DNA of 63,400 nucleotides, the filler included, from Anaerolineae bacterium (GTDB lineage: Bacteria > Chloroflexota > Anaerolineae > Epilineales > Epilineaceae): the NCBI GenBank assembly GCA_029262755.1. It is 9 parts of 9 records of this genome, joined end to end, with 100 filler letters (N's around TTAATTAATTAA, not from the genome) between each part and the next. Parts side by side here need not be neighbours in the genome. Positions count along the whole stretch, not along the records: positions 48,097 to 52,909 come from JAJCYU010000214.1; positions 53,010 to 55,759 come from JAJCYU010000217.1; positions 55,860 to 58,951 come from JAJCYU010000219.1; positions 59,052 to 63,400 come from JAJCYU010000220.1; 5 more parts are not named here. One strand, written 5' to 3'. Positions 51,164-61,916 of this stretch are shown here, piece by piece. The notes under the pieces are model-generated. The model was not told the origin of the DNA. It saw nothing but the letters and a program-made list of their open reading frames with translations, and did no database searches. A program made the position numbers and the translations under genes. The stretch's first letter is position 1. Each line of letters opens with the position of its first letter.

Positions 51164-52645
51164 TCAACCACCGGCCTGGCGCAGGAGGTAGGGCAGGTTG
51201 AGGTTCCACTCCGTGGGATCGGGCTCCGCCGTAGGCGGCTGGGTGGCGGTGGGCGGCGCTTCGGTTGGCGGCCAGCTGGTTGGCGGCTCGCTGGTCGGCG
51301 TCGCCTCGTCCGGCATCGACGTCGCGGTCGGCACGGGGCCGCCCGGCGTCGGCTCGACGGGCTCAACGCCCTCCTGGATCACCCGGTACAAACTCGGGTC
51401 CCGCCCGCCGTCCATCGCGATGTACATCTCGCCGTCCTCGCCGTAGCCGAAGCCGGCCGGTAGGACGTTGAACTTGCCGATCTCCGCGTTGCGCCATTCG
51501 CCTTCCCCGTCACGCGAAAGGCCCCAGAAGCGACCCGTCGCGTAGTCGGCGTAGATGTAGAGGCCGTCCATGCCGGGATAGCGACTACCGCGGTAGACCA
51601 GACCGCCGGTCACCGACTTGTCGTTGTTGCGATGCGGGTACTCCGCCACGGGGTCGATCAAGCCCGGCTTGCGGCAGCCGTTGCCGGGGTTGTAGCAGCG
51701 CGTGCCCTCCATCAGCCGCCAGCCGTAGTTCTCGCCGCCGGGGCTGTCGGCGGACTGGTAGTCGATTTCCTCGAGAGCGCCCTGGCCGACATCGCCGATG
51801 TACAGGTCGCCCGTGGCCGGGTCGAAGCCGTAGCGCCACGGGTTGCGCAGGCCGAGCGCCCAGATCTCGTCGCGCGTGTCCGGATCCTCGATGAAAGGGT
51901 TGCTATCGGGGATCGCGTAGGGCGGCCCTTCTTCCGGCACATCCACGTCGATGCGCAGCATCTTCCCGAGCAACACGCCGGTCGTCTGGGCATTGTCCCA
52001 CGGATCCCCGGCGCGACCGCCGTCGCCCGTGCCGATGTAGAGGTAGCCGTCCGGCCCGAAGGCAAGGTGTCCACCGTTGTGATTGGACGCGGGCTGGTCG
52101 ATGGTCAGGATCACCTTCTCGCTGTCCGGATCCGCGCGTTCGACATCGTCGGCGCTCACCGAATAGCGCGCCACAATGGTGCGCCCGTTGCCTCGCCCGG
52201 CCGTGTAGTTGAGAAAGAAGTAGCCGTTCTCTGCGTAGTTGGGATGGAACGCGAGCCCGAGCAGGCCCTTCTCGTTGCTGTCGTCCGCGACACGCGTCTG
52301 GATGTCCAAGAACGGACGCGAAACCTGCACCTCGTCGCGATAGATGCGCACCGTGCCCCGCTTCTCGAGCACGAAGAGCCGGCCGGAGCCGTCGCCTGCG
52401 TTCGTGACGGATACGGAGCGGTTCAGCTGACCCGGAATGCCCTCGAGGCCGAGCTCGATTCCGGTCGGATCGGGCCCACCGGATTGCGCGACCGCTGGAC
52501 GCGCATCGCGGTCCTGCATCAGCGCGAAGATCCCGGCCGGCAGCAGCACGGCCAGGGCGATGAGGAGCAGTGAACGGTGGGAGCGGGACCGAACGAAGAG
52601 CCGCCGGTCGGGCCCGGGAATCGAGCGGGAGGGGCTGCGGCGCAT
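51164..52645 (-). CDS. PQQ-dependent sugar (glucose/sorbosone) dehydrogenase family protein, secreted
   Basis: GLLGLAFHP; NHNGG.LAFGPDG.LY..GDGG; GLRNPWR; NYGW; PT tail ending LNLPYLLR. Confidence 0.92.
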   Translation of the reverse strand: MRRSPSRSIPGPDRRLFVRSRSHRSLLLIALAVLLPAGIFALMQDRDARPAVAQSGGPDPTGIELGLEGIPGQLNRSVSVTNAGDGSGRLFVLEKRGTVRIYRDEVQVSRPFLDIQTRVADDSNEKGLLGLAFHPNYAENGYFFLNYTAGRGNGRTIVARYSVSADDVERADPDSEKVILTIDQPASNHNGGHLAFGPDGYLYIGTGDGGRAGDPWDNAQTTGVLLGKMLRIDVDVPEEGPPYAIPDSNPFIEDPDTRDEIWALGLRNPWRYGFDPATGDLYIGDVGQGALEEIDYQSADSPGGENYGWRLMEGTRCYNPGNGCRKPGLIDPVAEYPHRNNDKSVTGGLVYRGSRYPGMDGLYIYADYATGRFWGLSRDGEGEWRNAEIGKFNVLPAGFGYGEDGEMYIAMDGGRDPSLYRVIQEGVEPVEPTPGGPVPTATSMPDEATPTSEPPTSWPPTEAPPTATQPPTAEPDPTEWNLNLPYLLRQAGG

Positions 52646-53010
52646 CGCGATCTCCAAGGGGTGCGCACGATCGAGGTGGGGGTAGTAGGGATCGCGCGGA
52701 TGGGGCGTATTGTAGCAGGGTGCCGGGCGACGCTTTCGGCCGTTGGGTGCCTCTCTTGTGCCACGAGAGGCGGCGGATCGTGTCCACCGTCGTGACGTGC
52801 GCGCCCGCTCGCACCATTAACGGTCTCGAGTGAGGCTTGGCGCCCAGCGCAGCCCGGCACAAGCCGTCGAGCTCCGCAGCGAGCGGCGCGACGTGCGTGA
52901 CGTGGTGCGNNNNNNNNNNNNNNNNNNNNNNNNNNNNNNNNNNNNNNNNNNNNTTAATTAATTAANNNNNNNNNNNNNNNNNNNNNNNNNNNNNNNNNNN
53001 NNNNNNNNNC

Positions 53011-54915
53011 GACGGCGCCGGCGGCTTCGGCTTCGGCCGCCAGGGCGACGCGCTGGCCCTCTTCACGTGGAGCGTGGGCGACTTTGAGTTCCGCAACGCC
53101 TTCGTGAGCGCCCCCGGCCTTCTACGGGCGGGCGCGTGGCAGCACGTGGCCGTGCACCGCGATACCGGCGGCACCGCGCGCTTCTACCGCAACGGACGCC
53201 TACGCGACACCCTCAGCGACGTCCAGGAGAGCTCGGGCTCGCGTCTCGGCCGTCTGCTGATCGGCGCCAACCGCACGGACCCGGCGTTGATCGAGCTCGA
53301 GGCCTTCCGCGGCGGTATCGACGAGGTGCTGGTCAGCCGCGGCGATGTCCCCACAGCCACCGAGTGGGACGTACTGCTCGGCCTCGGCCCGACACTCCAC
53401 CTGCCCTTCGACGAGCCCAGCATCCTGCCGAGCATGATGCTGCACGACGCCGGCGGGCTCGGCGCCTTCGCCAGCTACTTCACGAACTACCGCGATCCCG
53501 ACGACGGGGACCACGCCACGCTCGGCATCGTCGGCCCCGGCGCGCTCGAGCTCACCCCCGGCTCCTTCGCCGTCGCCGCCCTGGGCCCGCCCGAGGCGAT
53601 GCCCAGCGACCTCGACGACTTTACGATCGCCTTCTGGGCCAAGGACCTGGGCGCCGGGGAGCTGCGCTACGGCCAACACACGCTGGACACCGGCGGTCCG
53701 GGGCTCGTCCACCACTTCGGCGGCCGAACCGTGCCCGTGACCCTGCCGCCCGCGCGCGACGCAGACAACGGCTGGCAGCACGTGGCCTTTAGCTGGGACG
53801 CTGGGTCCGCCATGCTTCGGACCTTCGCCGACGGCGCCCTCGTCCACGAGACGACCGTGCCCGGCGGGCCGGACATCGGCCCCGATCCCGACCTGCAGTG
53901 GACCCACGATCAACCCGACGGCGGCACCTACGCCCTAGACGACCTGCGCGTCTACCGTCGCGCGCTGAGCACGCTGGAGCTTGGCTCGCTGGTCGCCGGC
54001 CGCCACCGCCCCGCCACGGTGACCGAACAGACGGTGGAGATCGCCCATTGGGAGGCCCGCGTGCCGGAAGGCCTGGAAGGCTACTACGACCTTCGCGGCC
54101 GCGGCGTGGACGGTTTCGGCAACCGTGATACGAGCCCCGAGTCCTTGTGGCGCGGCGTCGTGGACACGCTGGATCCGCGCATCCTCCGCTTCGAGTCCGT
54201 GGCCCAGCCGCCAGGCATCCGCCACGTATTCGAGGTCGAGGACTTCGGCCTGGATCCGTCCTCCCTCCGCCTGCCGGCCGCCTGCGCCGGCGACGCTGCC
54301 ACGATTCAAACGCAGCCCTTCCGCGGCCCCTGGCACCACGCCCTGCTGGCCGCGGTACCCGCCGGCGGCGCCGCTGCGGACGCCGTGACCACCGCCCGCG
54401 CCCAGCCCTACACCCTCACCGTGACCTGCGAGAGCGCCTCGGCCCGCCGCGGCGACACCTTCCTGATCTGCGACCACGGCGACCGCTGCGTGGCCTCGGT
54501 CTACCTCGGCGCGGACATCGGCCCGGACCCCGCACCCGCTCCCGCAACGCCCACGCCCCGCCCCACCACCGTCCCTGGCGGCGGCGCGACCCCGCCGCCG
54601 ACCATCACACCGCGCCCCACCGCCACCACCTGGCCCACGCCCACCGCCACCCGCCCGCCGGCCACCCCCACCCCCTTCGCCACGCGCACGCCGACGGCCC
54701 GCCCGGATGCCCCGCGCCCCACCGCCCTACCCTCGGTCACGCGCACCCCCACCCCCGGCGGCGAGATCCCGCCGGCCACCGCCACCGCCTGGGCGCGCCT
54801 GACGGCCACGGCCCGCGCCAACGCCACGGCCGGCACGCCCTTCGCATCGGCCACGCCGGACGAGGGGGGCGGCGGCGAGGGGAGAACGATCTGGTTGCCG
54901 AGCGTGCGGCGGTAG
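53011..54915 (+). CDS. LamG/concanavalin-like domain surface protein with Pro/Thr tail (5' truncated)
   Basis: WQHVAV..FYRNG; F.G.IDEV; WQHVAF; LDDLRVYRRALS; C-terminal IWLPSVRR. Confidence 0.82.
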   Translation, partial: DGAGGFGFGRQGDALALFTWSVGDFEFRNAFVSAPGLLRAGAWQHVAVHRDTGGTARFYRNGRLRDTLSDVQESSGSRLGRLLIGANRTDPALIELEAFRGGIDEVLVSRGDVPTATEWDVLLGLGPTLHLPFDEPSILPSMMLHDAGGLGAFASYFTNYRDPDDGDHATLGIVGPGALELTPGSFAVAALGPPEAMPSDLDDFTIAFWAKDLGAGELRYGQHTLDTGGPGLVHHFGGRTVPVTLPPARDADNGWQHVAFSWDAGSAMLRTFADGALVHETTVPGGPDIGPDPDLQWTHDQPDGGTYALDDLRVYRRALSTLELGSLVAGRHRPATVTEQTVEIAHWEARVPEGLEGYYDLRGRGVDGFGNRDTSPESLWRGVVDTLDPRILRFESVAQPPGIRHVFEVEDFGLDPSSLRLPAACAGDAATIQTQPFRGPWHHALLAAVPAGGAAADAVTTARAQPYTLTVTCESASARRGDTFLICDHGDRCVASVYLGADIGPDPAPAPATPTPRPTTVPGGGATPPPTITPRPTATTWPTPTATRPPATPTPFATRTPTARPDAPRPTALPSVTRTPTPGGEIPPATATAWARLTATARANATAGTPFASATPDEGGGGEGRTIWLPSVRR

Positions 54916-54950
54916 GCGACCCACCGGTAACCACGGTCGAGCTGCGTCCG

Positions 54951-55759
54951 CTACTGCGTTGGGTCGGCCACCTTCCCCACGAAGAGCGGCACTCCGCTCA
55001 GCTCATCGACAAGCGCAAACACGAACTCGCGATCGCAGATGAGCTCCGGCGGGCGACCCTCCGGTGCCGATCCCGTATCCATCACAACGACGGTGGCCCC
55101 GGCGGCTTCGGTTCCGAGCTCGTCGACGGTGATCGCGGAAGTGTGGCTTAGGTTCCCAATCCAAACAGGCGCCGTTGCGGAGATCTCGTCGAACTCGGCC
55201 GCGCCCGGATCGAAGGCCAAGGGCATGCCGAGATCGACAAGAACGTCCGAGAGTTCGAGTCTTGCCTGTATATCGAGTTTCGGGAGACCCACGACGATTT
55301 CCGTAGCCTCCGCTGTAGCCAACGCCTCCCGCAAGCGACCGAATTCCCCGTCCATGAGACCTCTCACCACGTCTCCTGCGTCAACGCCGCGCCGCGGCAA
55401 CAGGATGTAGAACGCCGTCCGTTCGCCTGCATAGGACAGCTTGGCCGCCTGATACGTTTCCGTCTCCTCGTACGCTACGTCACGGCGCGTAAACATCATG
55501 TCCACCTCAACGCTCGTGCTATCCGGTCGGCCGAACGTCGCTTGCTCCGTCGATTCAGCCTGGAACGGCTCCGCCCAATCTCCATCAAAGTAGACGGCGT
55601 TTGCCAAGACGAGGATCGCTTCTTGAGGAACGTCGTCGATGATCTGCTCGATCTTCTCTTCGGTCGCATCCAAGACCCACGTGTTGATTTCACGTGCGAT
55701 GTCTACCCGCCCAAAGTCGAGTTCGGCAACCTGTGCGCCATAGCCTGCGGCGAGTCCGT
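54951..55759 (-). CDS. Serpin family protein (5' truncated)
   Basis: INTWV..T..KI; LANAVYF.G.W..PF; LPK; VDELGTEAAGAT hinge; DREFVF; LFVGKV.DP. Confidence 0.93.
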
Positions 55760-55859
55760 NNNNNNNNNNNNNNNNNNNNNNNNNNNNNNNNNNNNNNNNN
55801 NNNTTAATTAATTAANNNNNNNNNNNNNNNNNNNNNNNNNNNNNNNNNNNNNNNNNNNN

Positions 55860-56853
55860 TAAGGGCATTAACAAATTCTTTCTTTGCACTTGCCGTCACT
55901 CCTTTTTCTTCGTAGCAACACCCCAGATAGTAGTGTGCTTTTACATTAGAGGTATTAGCGCTTATGACCGTTTTGAACTCGGTAATTGCTTTATCAATTA
56001 ACCCTTTTTTCCTATAAAGGATTCCAAGATGAAAAGTCGCATCGATATGTTTTGGATTCCGTTCAATTGCTTTATTATAGGTATTAATTGCTTCATCTGT
56101 CTCGCCATGATGATCATAAGATAAACCAAGGTTGTAGTAAATGGCTTCGTCATTGGGATCAAGTGATAAGGCTTTTTTGAATTCAGGGATAGCAGATGCA
56201 AAATTCTGTTTTTTGTTATAAGCAAGCCCAAGACAATAATACGAAGTGTGGTCTTTAGGATTGTTAATTACAACTGTGCTTAATATTGAAATAGCTTCGT
56301 CATACCTCTCGGTCTTGTAATAAGCGATTCCCAGATTATGATTGGTGTTTCTATTGTTTTTATCCAACTCTATTACTGTTTCCCATTGTTTGATTGCTTC
56401 CTCAATCCGGTCATTGTAATAGGAAATCAGGCCAATTTCATAATACCCTTCCAGTGCGGTAGGGATACCTGCTTTTGTCAGTCTCTCTATCTTTGCCTTC
56501 AATTTATTAATTTTTATTCTAGATCTTTGAGATATATTTGGCTGGTTCCTGTCGAGTTGTATTAGGGATGGTATGTTTGCACCCATACGTTCCATTTTCA
56601 GCATCTCTTCGAGGTCTCTTTTCTGTTCCTTCAAAAGATTTCTTCCTTCTTCATACATATGGTTCACAATATTTAATTGTGCTTTCAGATCGTCTATTTG
56701 CTTGTCTTTTTGTTTTATTTTGGTCTCAAGAGTCTGTCTTTGGAAGAAATACCAGGAAAAAACCTCCTTTATGAAATTAATAGATTTCAGGAAGAAGTTT
56801 TCTCTTATCATTTGTGAAGAATTTTTATCTTTTTCGGTAAAAAGATTTCCCAT
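55860..56853 (-). CDS. Tetratricopeptide-repeat protein (3' truncated; AT-rich contig)
   Basis: Repeated HNLGIAY / YNLGLSY / YYLGCCY TPR units after a coiled coil. Confidence 0.9.
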
Positions 56854-58951
56854 CTATTGGTTTCCTTTTATTACTGCTTGAGCAGCTGATAAGCGTGCAA
56901 TTGGTACCCTGAAAGGAGAACAGCTAACATAGTCCATACCGTTCCTGTGGCAAAATTGGATTGAGGAAGGTTCACCTCCGTGTTCACCACAAATTCCTAC
57001 CTTGAGACCCGGCTTTGTTTTTCGTCCTTTTTTGATACCGGCTGTAACTAACTGTCCTACACCATCCTGGTCGAGGACTTGAAAAGGGTCTTTTTTCAAT
57101 ATTCCGAGTGCGGTAAACTGCGGTACAAAAGATCCGACATCGTCACGGCTATATCCATATGTCATCTGGGTTAAATCGTTAGTACCAAATGAGAAAAATT
57201 CAGCATATTTAGCGATGCGATCAGCGATTAAAGCCGCCCTTGGTATCTCTATCATCGTGCCGATCTTATAATTTATCTTTACGCCCTTTTTTGCTAATAC
57301 CTCGTTCGCTATCTTTTTAACATCTATTTTAAGGACATTCATTTCTTCATCCGTGCCTACAAGGGGAACCATTATTTCTGGCACCACTTTAATTCCCTTC
57401 TTTTTTACAGCACATGCTGCTTCCATTATTGCCTTTACCTGCATTTGATAAATGTCCGGGTAGATAATACCCAGACGGCACCCTCTTAATCCCAACATAG
57501 GGTTGGTTTCATGGAGACTGTCAACCCTGTCTTTGACTTCTTTAAGGATCATTCCCATTTTTTTTGCAAGTACAATTTGTAAATGTTTTTCCTTGGGCAG
57601 GAATTCATGTAATGGTGGATCCAGAAGTCGAATAGTTACGGGAAAGCCATTCATGACCGTAAAAATCTTCGCGAAATCACTTCTTTGCATGGGCAACAAC
57701 TTATTCAACGCGCCTTTATAAAGCCTCTCCGACTCTTTAAGTTTAACTTTAATATTCTTTGTTTTGTGAATCAATGAAGATTGTTTTTTCTTTGGCGCTT
57801 GGCCAAGATCTGATACCGCCTCATGAACAGCCGTTTTCATCCGGGTAACGTTTCCCGCCGTAAGTATCATCTGCCTGACGTAATCAATACGATGTTCACC
57901 GAAAAACATATGTTCTGTACGGCATAGTCCTATTCCCTCTGCGCCAAAATCCCTGGCCCTCTTCGCGTCTTCTGGTGTATCCGCGTTTGTCCTGATCTTA
58001 AGTCTGCGAATTTCATCCGCCCATTTCATAAGTTTGCTAAAATCCCTACTGAGTGTCGGTTCTACTGTGGGCACTTGTCCAAGTATGACTTCACCACGCG
58101 AGCCATCCAGAGAAATGTAATCACCTTTTTTTATGGTTTTTTCTCCTACCGTAAATTCCTCTTTCTCATAGTCTATCTGAATGCTGCCACATCCTGCCAC
58201 ACAGCATGTTCCCATCCCTCTGGCAACTACGGCTGCGTGTGAGGTCATGCCACCCTTGGTTGTAAGTATTCCCTCAGCGACATGCATGCCTCCAATATCT
58301 TCCGGTGATGTCTCTATTCGTACGAGTATGACCTTCTTATGCTTTGCCACTAACTTTTCTGCCTCATCGGCGTGGAATGTTATTTTGCCGGAAGCTGCGC
58401 CCGGTGAAGCCGGCAGACCGGTTGCAATAACATCTCTTTTCGCTTTTGGGTCAAATGTAGGATGCAGCAGTTGATCTAACTGGTCAGGGTCTATCCTGCT
58501 GATGGCCGTTCTTTTGTCGATAAGCTTTTCCTGTACCATATCGACTGCTATCTTAACGGCAGCCTGTGTGGTCCGCTTACCATTTCGTGTCTGGAGCATA
58601 AACAACTTTCCTTCTTGTATCGTAAACTCCATATCCTGTAAGTCTTTGTAGTGTTTCTCCAATTTGTTTTTTATGTTTACTAATTTTTTATATGCTGTGG
58701 GTAACTCTTTCGCCAAATCGCTTATTGGTTCTGGGGTTCGTATACCTGCGACAACGTCCTCACCCTGTGCGTTCAGCAGAAACTCTCCATAGAATTTGTT
58801 CTCGCCGGTAGATGGATTCCTGGTAAAGCACACACCTGTCGCGGAATTGTTACCGGTATTTCCATATACCATAGCCTGAATATTTACGGCTGTTCCCAAT
58901 AAACCACTGATATCGTATATTTTTCTATATTTTACCGCTCTTGGATTATTC
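56854..58951 (-). CDS. ppdK: Pyruvate, phosphate dikinase (5' truncated; AT-rich contig)
   Basis: [23 protein letters not shown] phospho-His motif; [25 protein letters not shown]. Confidence 0.97.
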
Positions 58952-59051
58952 NNNNNNNNNNNNNNNNNNNNNNNNNNNNNNNNNNNNNNNNNNNNTTAAT
59001 TAATTAANNNNNNNNNNNNNNNNNNNNNNNNNNNNNNNNNNNNNNNNNNNN

Positions 59052-60425
59052 ACCCCGACGCCGACCACCACGCCGCACTACGAGATCTACCTGCCCTACG
59101 GCGAGGACGAGTGCATCCCGGAGAAGCGCTTCGTCGATGTCGTGCTCGTGCTCGACCGCTCGACGTCCATGCTGCGTTCCGTCGTGCCCGGCGGCGTCCA
59201 GAAGAACGAGGCCGCTATCGCGGCGGCGCGCACATTCGTGGACACGCTTGCCCTAGAGCCGGACCCGAATGACCCGTACTTGCGCCACGATCAGGTCAGC
59301 ATCGTCGGCTTCAACGACGATGCGTGGATCGAGATCCCGCTCACCAACGACCGCGCCGCGGCCGAGAACGCGCTCGAGACGATCCGCACGAAGACCCAGG
59401 AGGGCACGCGCCTTGACCTGGCCGTCCTCGAGGGCCGCAAGCCGCTCGACGGGCCAGAGCGCGTGCTGGCCAACGAGGCGATCGTCGTGTTGCTGACGGA
59501 TGGGCTGCCCAACCGTGTGCCCTTCGACGCCGCGACCGGTGGCAGCCAGGAACAGACGGTCCAAGCCGCGGCCGACGCTGTGAAGGCCAAGGGCACAAAC
59601 CTCTACGCGATCGCGCTCGGTCGACCCAACGACATCCACCCGCTGCTGATGCTGCAGATCGTATCCGAGCGCTACCAGTACTACTACGCGCCGCGTCCGG
59701 AAGACCTGGCCGGCATCTACCAGATCATCCTCGATACCTTCACCTTCTGCGGCCGCAAGAACGTACCGCCGCCTACGCCGTGCGTGCCGCAGTACCAACA
59801 CGCCGATCTAATCCTCGTGCTCGACACCTCGACCTCCATGCAGCGCACGACCCGCGCCGGTCGCACCAAGCTCGCGGCCGCGCTCGAGGCCGCAGGAACG
59901 TTCGCCGATTCCTTGTCGCTCGAACGCGACGGCTACGGGCGCCAGGACCGTCTGGCCATCGTGGGCTTCAACAACACGGCCTGGACGGAGCTGACGCTCA
60001 GCGACGACCGGGCACGCATCGACCAGGCGCTCGACGCGCTGCCGGCCAAGAGCGCGGAGGGCACGCGCTTGGACCTGGCCTTCCAACAGGGCATCACCGC
60101 TTGGAACGACTCCTGGCGCTTGCCGGCGAATCGCCCGGTGCTCGTGCTGCTGACCGACGGCCTGCCCAACCGCGTGCCCTTCGGCCCGGGTTCGTCGAGC
60201 CCCGCCTGCCCGGACCAGGAGTGCACGGTCCTCGCCGCGGCGACGGCCGCCAAGCGCGCCGGTGCCCGCGTGTTCACGATCGGCCTCGGCTTGCCCGACG
60301 ACGTGCTGCGCCGCTTGCTCGAGGAGTCCGCGAGCAGCCCGCGCGACTACGCCTTCGCGCCCGACGCGGAAGACCTCGCAGCGATCTATCGGCAGATCGC
60401 TGGACGGGTGCGGGCGTGTCCGTAG
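59052..60425 (+). CDS. Tandem VWA-domain surface protein (5' truncated)
   Basis: Two MIDAS motifs (DRSTSM, DTSTSM), two LLTDGLPN; preceded by TPTP..IYLP. Confidence 0.9.
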   Translation, partial: TPTPTTTPHYEIYLPYGEDECIPEKRFVDVVLVLDRSTSMLRSVVPGGVQKNEAAIAAARTFVDTLALEPDPNDPYLRHDQVSIVGFNDDAWIEIPLTNDRAAAENALETIRTKTQEGTRLDLAVLEGRKPLDGPERVLANEAIVVLLTDGLPNRVPFDAATGGSQEQTVQAAADAVKAKGTNLYAIALGRPNDIHPLLMLQIVSERYQYYYAPRPEDLAGIYQIILDTFTFCGRKNVPPPTPCVPQYQHADLILVLDTSTSMQRTTRAGRTKLAAALEAAGTFADSLSLERDGYGRQDRLAIVGFNNTAWTELTLSDDRARIDQALDALPAKSAEGTRLDLAFQQGITAWNDSWRLPANRPVLVLLTDGLPNRVPFGPGSSSPACPDQECTVLAAATAAKRAGARVFTIGLGLPDDVLRRLLEESASSPRDYAFAPDAEDLAAIYRQIAGRVRACP

Positions 60426-60527
60426 CGGGTTCGTGACGTTGGCGCGGTAGGGGCGATCTGGTGTACTAATGAGACCAGCCGATTCCGCCTATACATCCGT
60501 TCAAACCCAACGAAAAGGACGCTCCCT

Positions 60528-60971
60528 ATGGAACTCCAGTTGGTTCCCGCCATCGCTGCCGGTATCGCCGGTACGTTGGCCATGACGGCGCTGATGACCG
60601 TCGCGCCGATGATGGGCCTGCCGAAGATGAACGTCGTCGGCATGTTGGGCTCGATGATCACACCCGACGAGAGCACGGCCCGGACCGCGGGAATTGCGAT
60701 GCACCTTGCGATGGGCGTGATCTTCGCGCTTGTGTACGCCTTCTTGTGGGGCCAAGGCCTGACCATCGGCGCGGGAAGCTGGGCGCTGAACGGCCTCGTC
60801 TATGGCCTGGTGCACGGTGTGATCGCAATCGTGACGATGCCCATGATGATGAGCATGCACCCGCGGCCGCCGGAGATGGCGAAAGGGCCGATGGCCATGG
60901 CCGGGATGCTCGCGGGGCATATCGTCTTCGGCCTCGTGGTGGCCGGGGTATATACGATGATGGCCGCCTGA
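60528..60971 (+). CDS. Met-rich four-TM membrane protein
   Basis: AAGGA RBS; AG.AGT.AMT; HLAMG..F..VY; GH..FG. Confidence 0.8.
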   Translation: MELQLVPAIAAGIAGTLAMTALMTVAPMMGLPKMNVVGMLGSMITPDESTARTAGIAMHLAMGVIFALVYAFLWGQGLTIGAGSWALNGLVYGLVHGVIAIVTMPMMMSMHPRPPEMAKGPMAMAGMLAGHIVFGLVVAGVYTMMAA

Positions 60972-61158
60972 GCCGAGCTGGACGACGCGTAGCACGATCA
61001 ATCAAACGGGGAGGCCACATCGCCGTCGCGCCCGCGACGAACCGATGGCCTCCCCGTGTTCGTCTGTGCCGCCGAATTCCGTTCGGATGGATTCCGAAGC
61101 GCGCTGCTTGCCGCCGGACCATGGGCCGAGTGACGAAGGGTGATGCGCCTGCGAACGC

Positions 61159-61677
61159 CTAGCCGGCGGCCGCGGCGGCCATGTCCTCGCGGAAATGGCA
61201 CTGCTTGTACTTCTTGCCGCTCCCGCAATGGCACGGGTCGTTGCGTCCGATCTTGGGCGCGTCGCGCGTCACCGGCTTTCCGCCGAGAATACGGCCGTCC
61301 GTGAAGTGCCAGCGCCCACCGAGCAGCCGGAACTCGCCGCGCTCGTGATGCTCGATCTCTTCCCCGTCCGCTGTATAGCGTGCGATGAACTCGACCGTGC
61401 CCTTGTCGTCGCCCGGCTGACCATCCTGCGTAGAGACGATCTCGAGACCCAGCCATTCCGACTCGCGGGCCCACTTGCCGAGGTCCTTTGCGTCGAAGTC
61501 CTTGCGCGCCCTCGGCGCGAGAGACTCTTTCAAGAACTCGATATCGCCCTTTACATACGCGCTGTAGCGCGCGCGCATGAGATCCTCGGCCGTCTTCGCA
61601 TCCTGTTTGCCCCGATGTACGGGCCCGCAGCACTCCTTGTAGTTGCTGCCCGAACCGCAGGGACAGGCTTCGGCCAT
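61159..61677 (-). CDS. ychJ: YchJ family protein with SEC-C motifs
   Basis: [51 protein letters not shown]. Confidence 0.92.
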   Translation of the reverse strand: MAEACPCGSGSNYKECCGPVHRGKQDAKTAEDLMRARYSAYVKGDIEFLKESLAPRARKDFDAKDLGKWARESEWLGLEIVSTQDGQPGDDKGTVEFIARYTADGEEIEHHERGEFRLLGGRWHFTDGRILGGKPVTRDAPKIGRNDPCHCGSGKKYKQCHFREDMAAAAAG

Positions 61678-61916
61678 GATGGCGCTCCTTGGGCGGTGCG
61701 TCGCGATCACGTGCGACACGGTGTGCGGCCAAGTATAGAGCAAGGGACCGAGGTTGCCGGGCCACGGGAAGGTAGCCTATCGTGCTCGTCGCTAGGCTGC
61801 GGCGGAGCCGGATGATCACGTAGGTATGGAAGAGCCCGTGTTCGAGTCTCAGCGGAGGCGCTGCGAATGGTGATGATCGGACAGTCGAACGCGCGCGGCG
61901 CATTCCGGCCTGAAGG

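Noticed and set aside
44945..55759. Functional link between the serpin and the C25 or S8 proteases
   Set aside because: They lie on different contigs; proximity in this window is artificial
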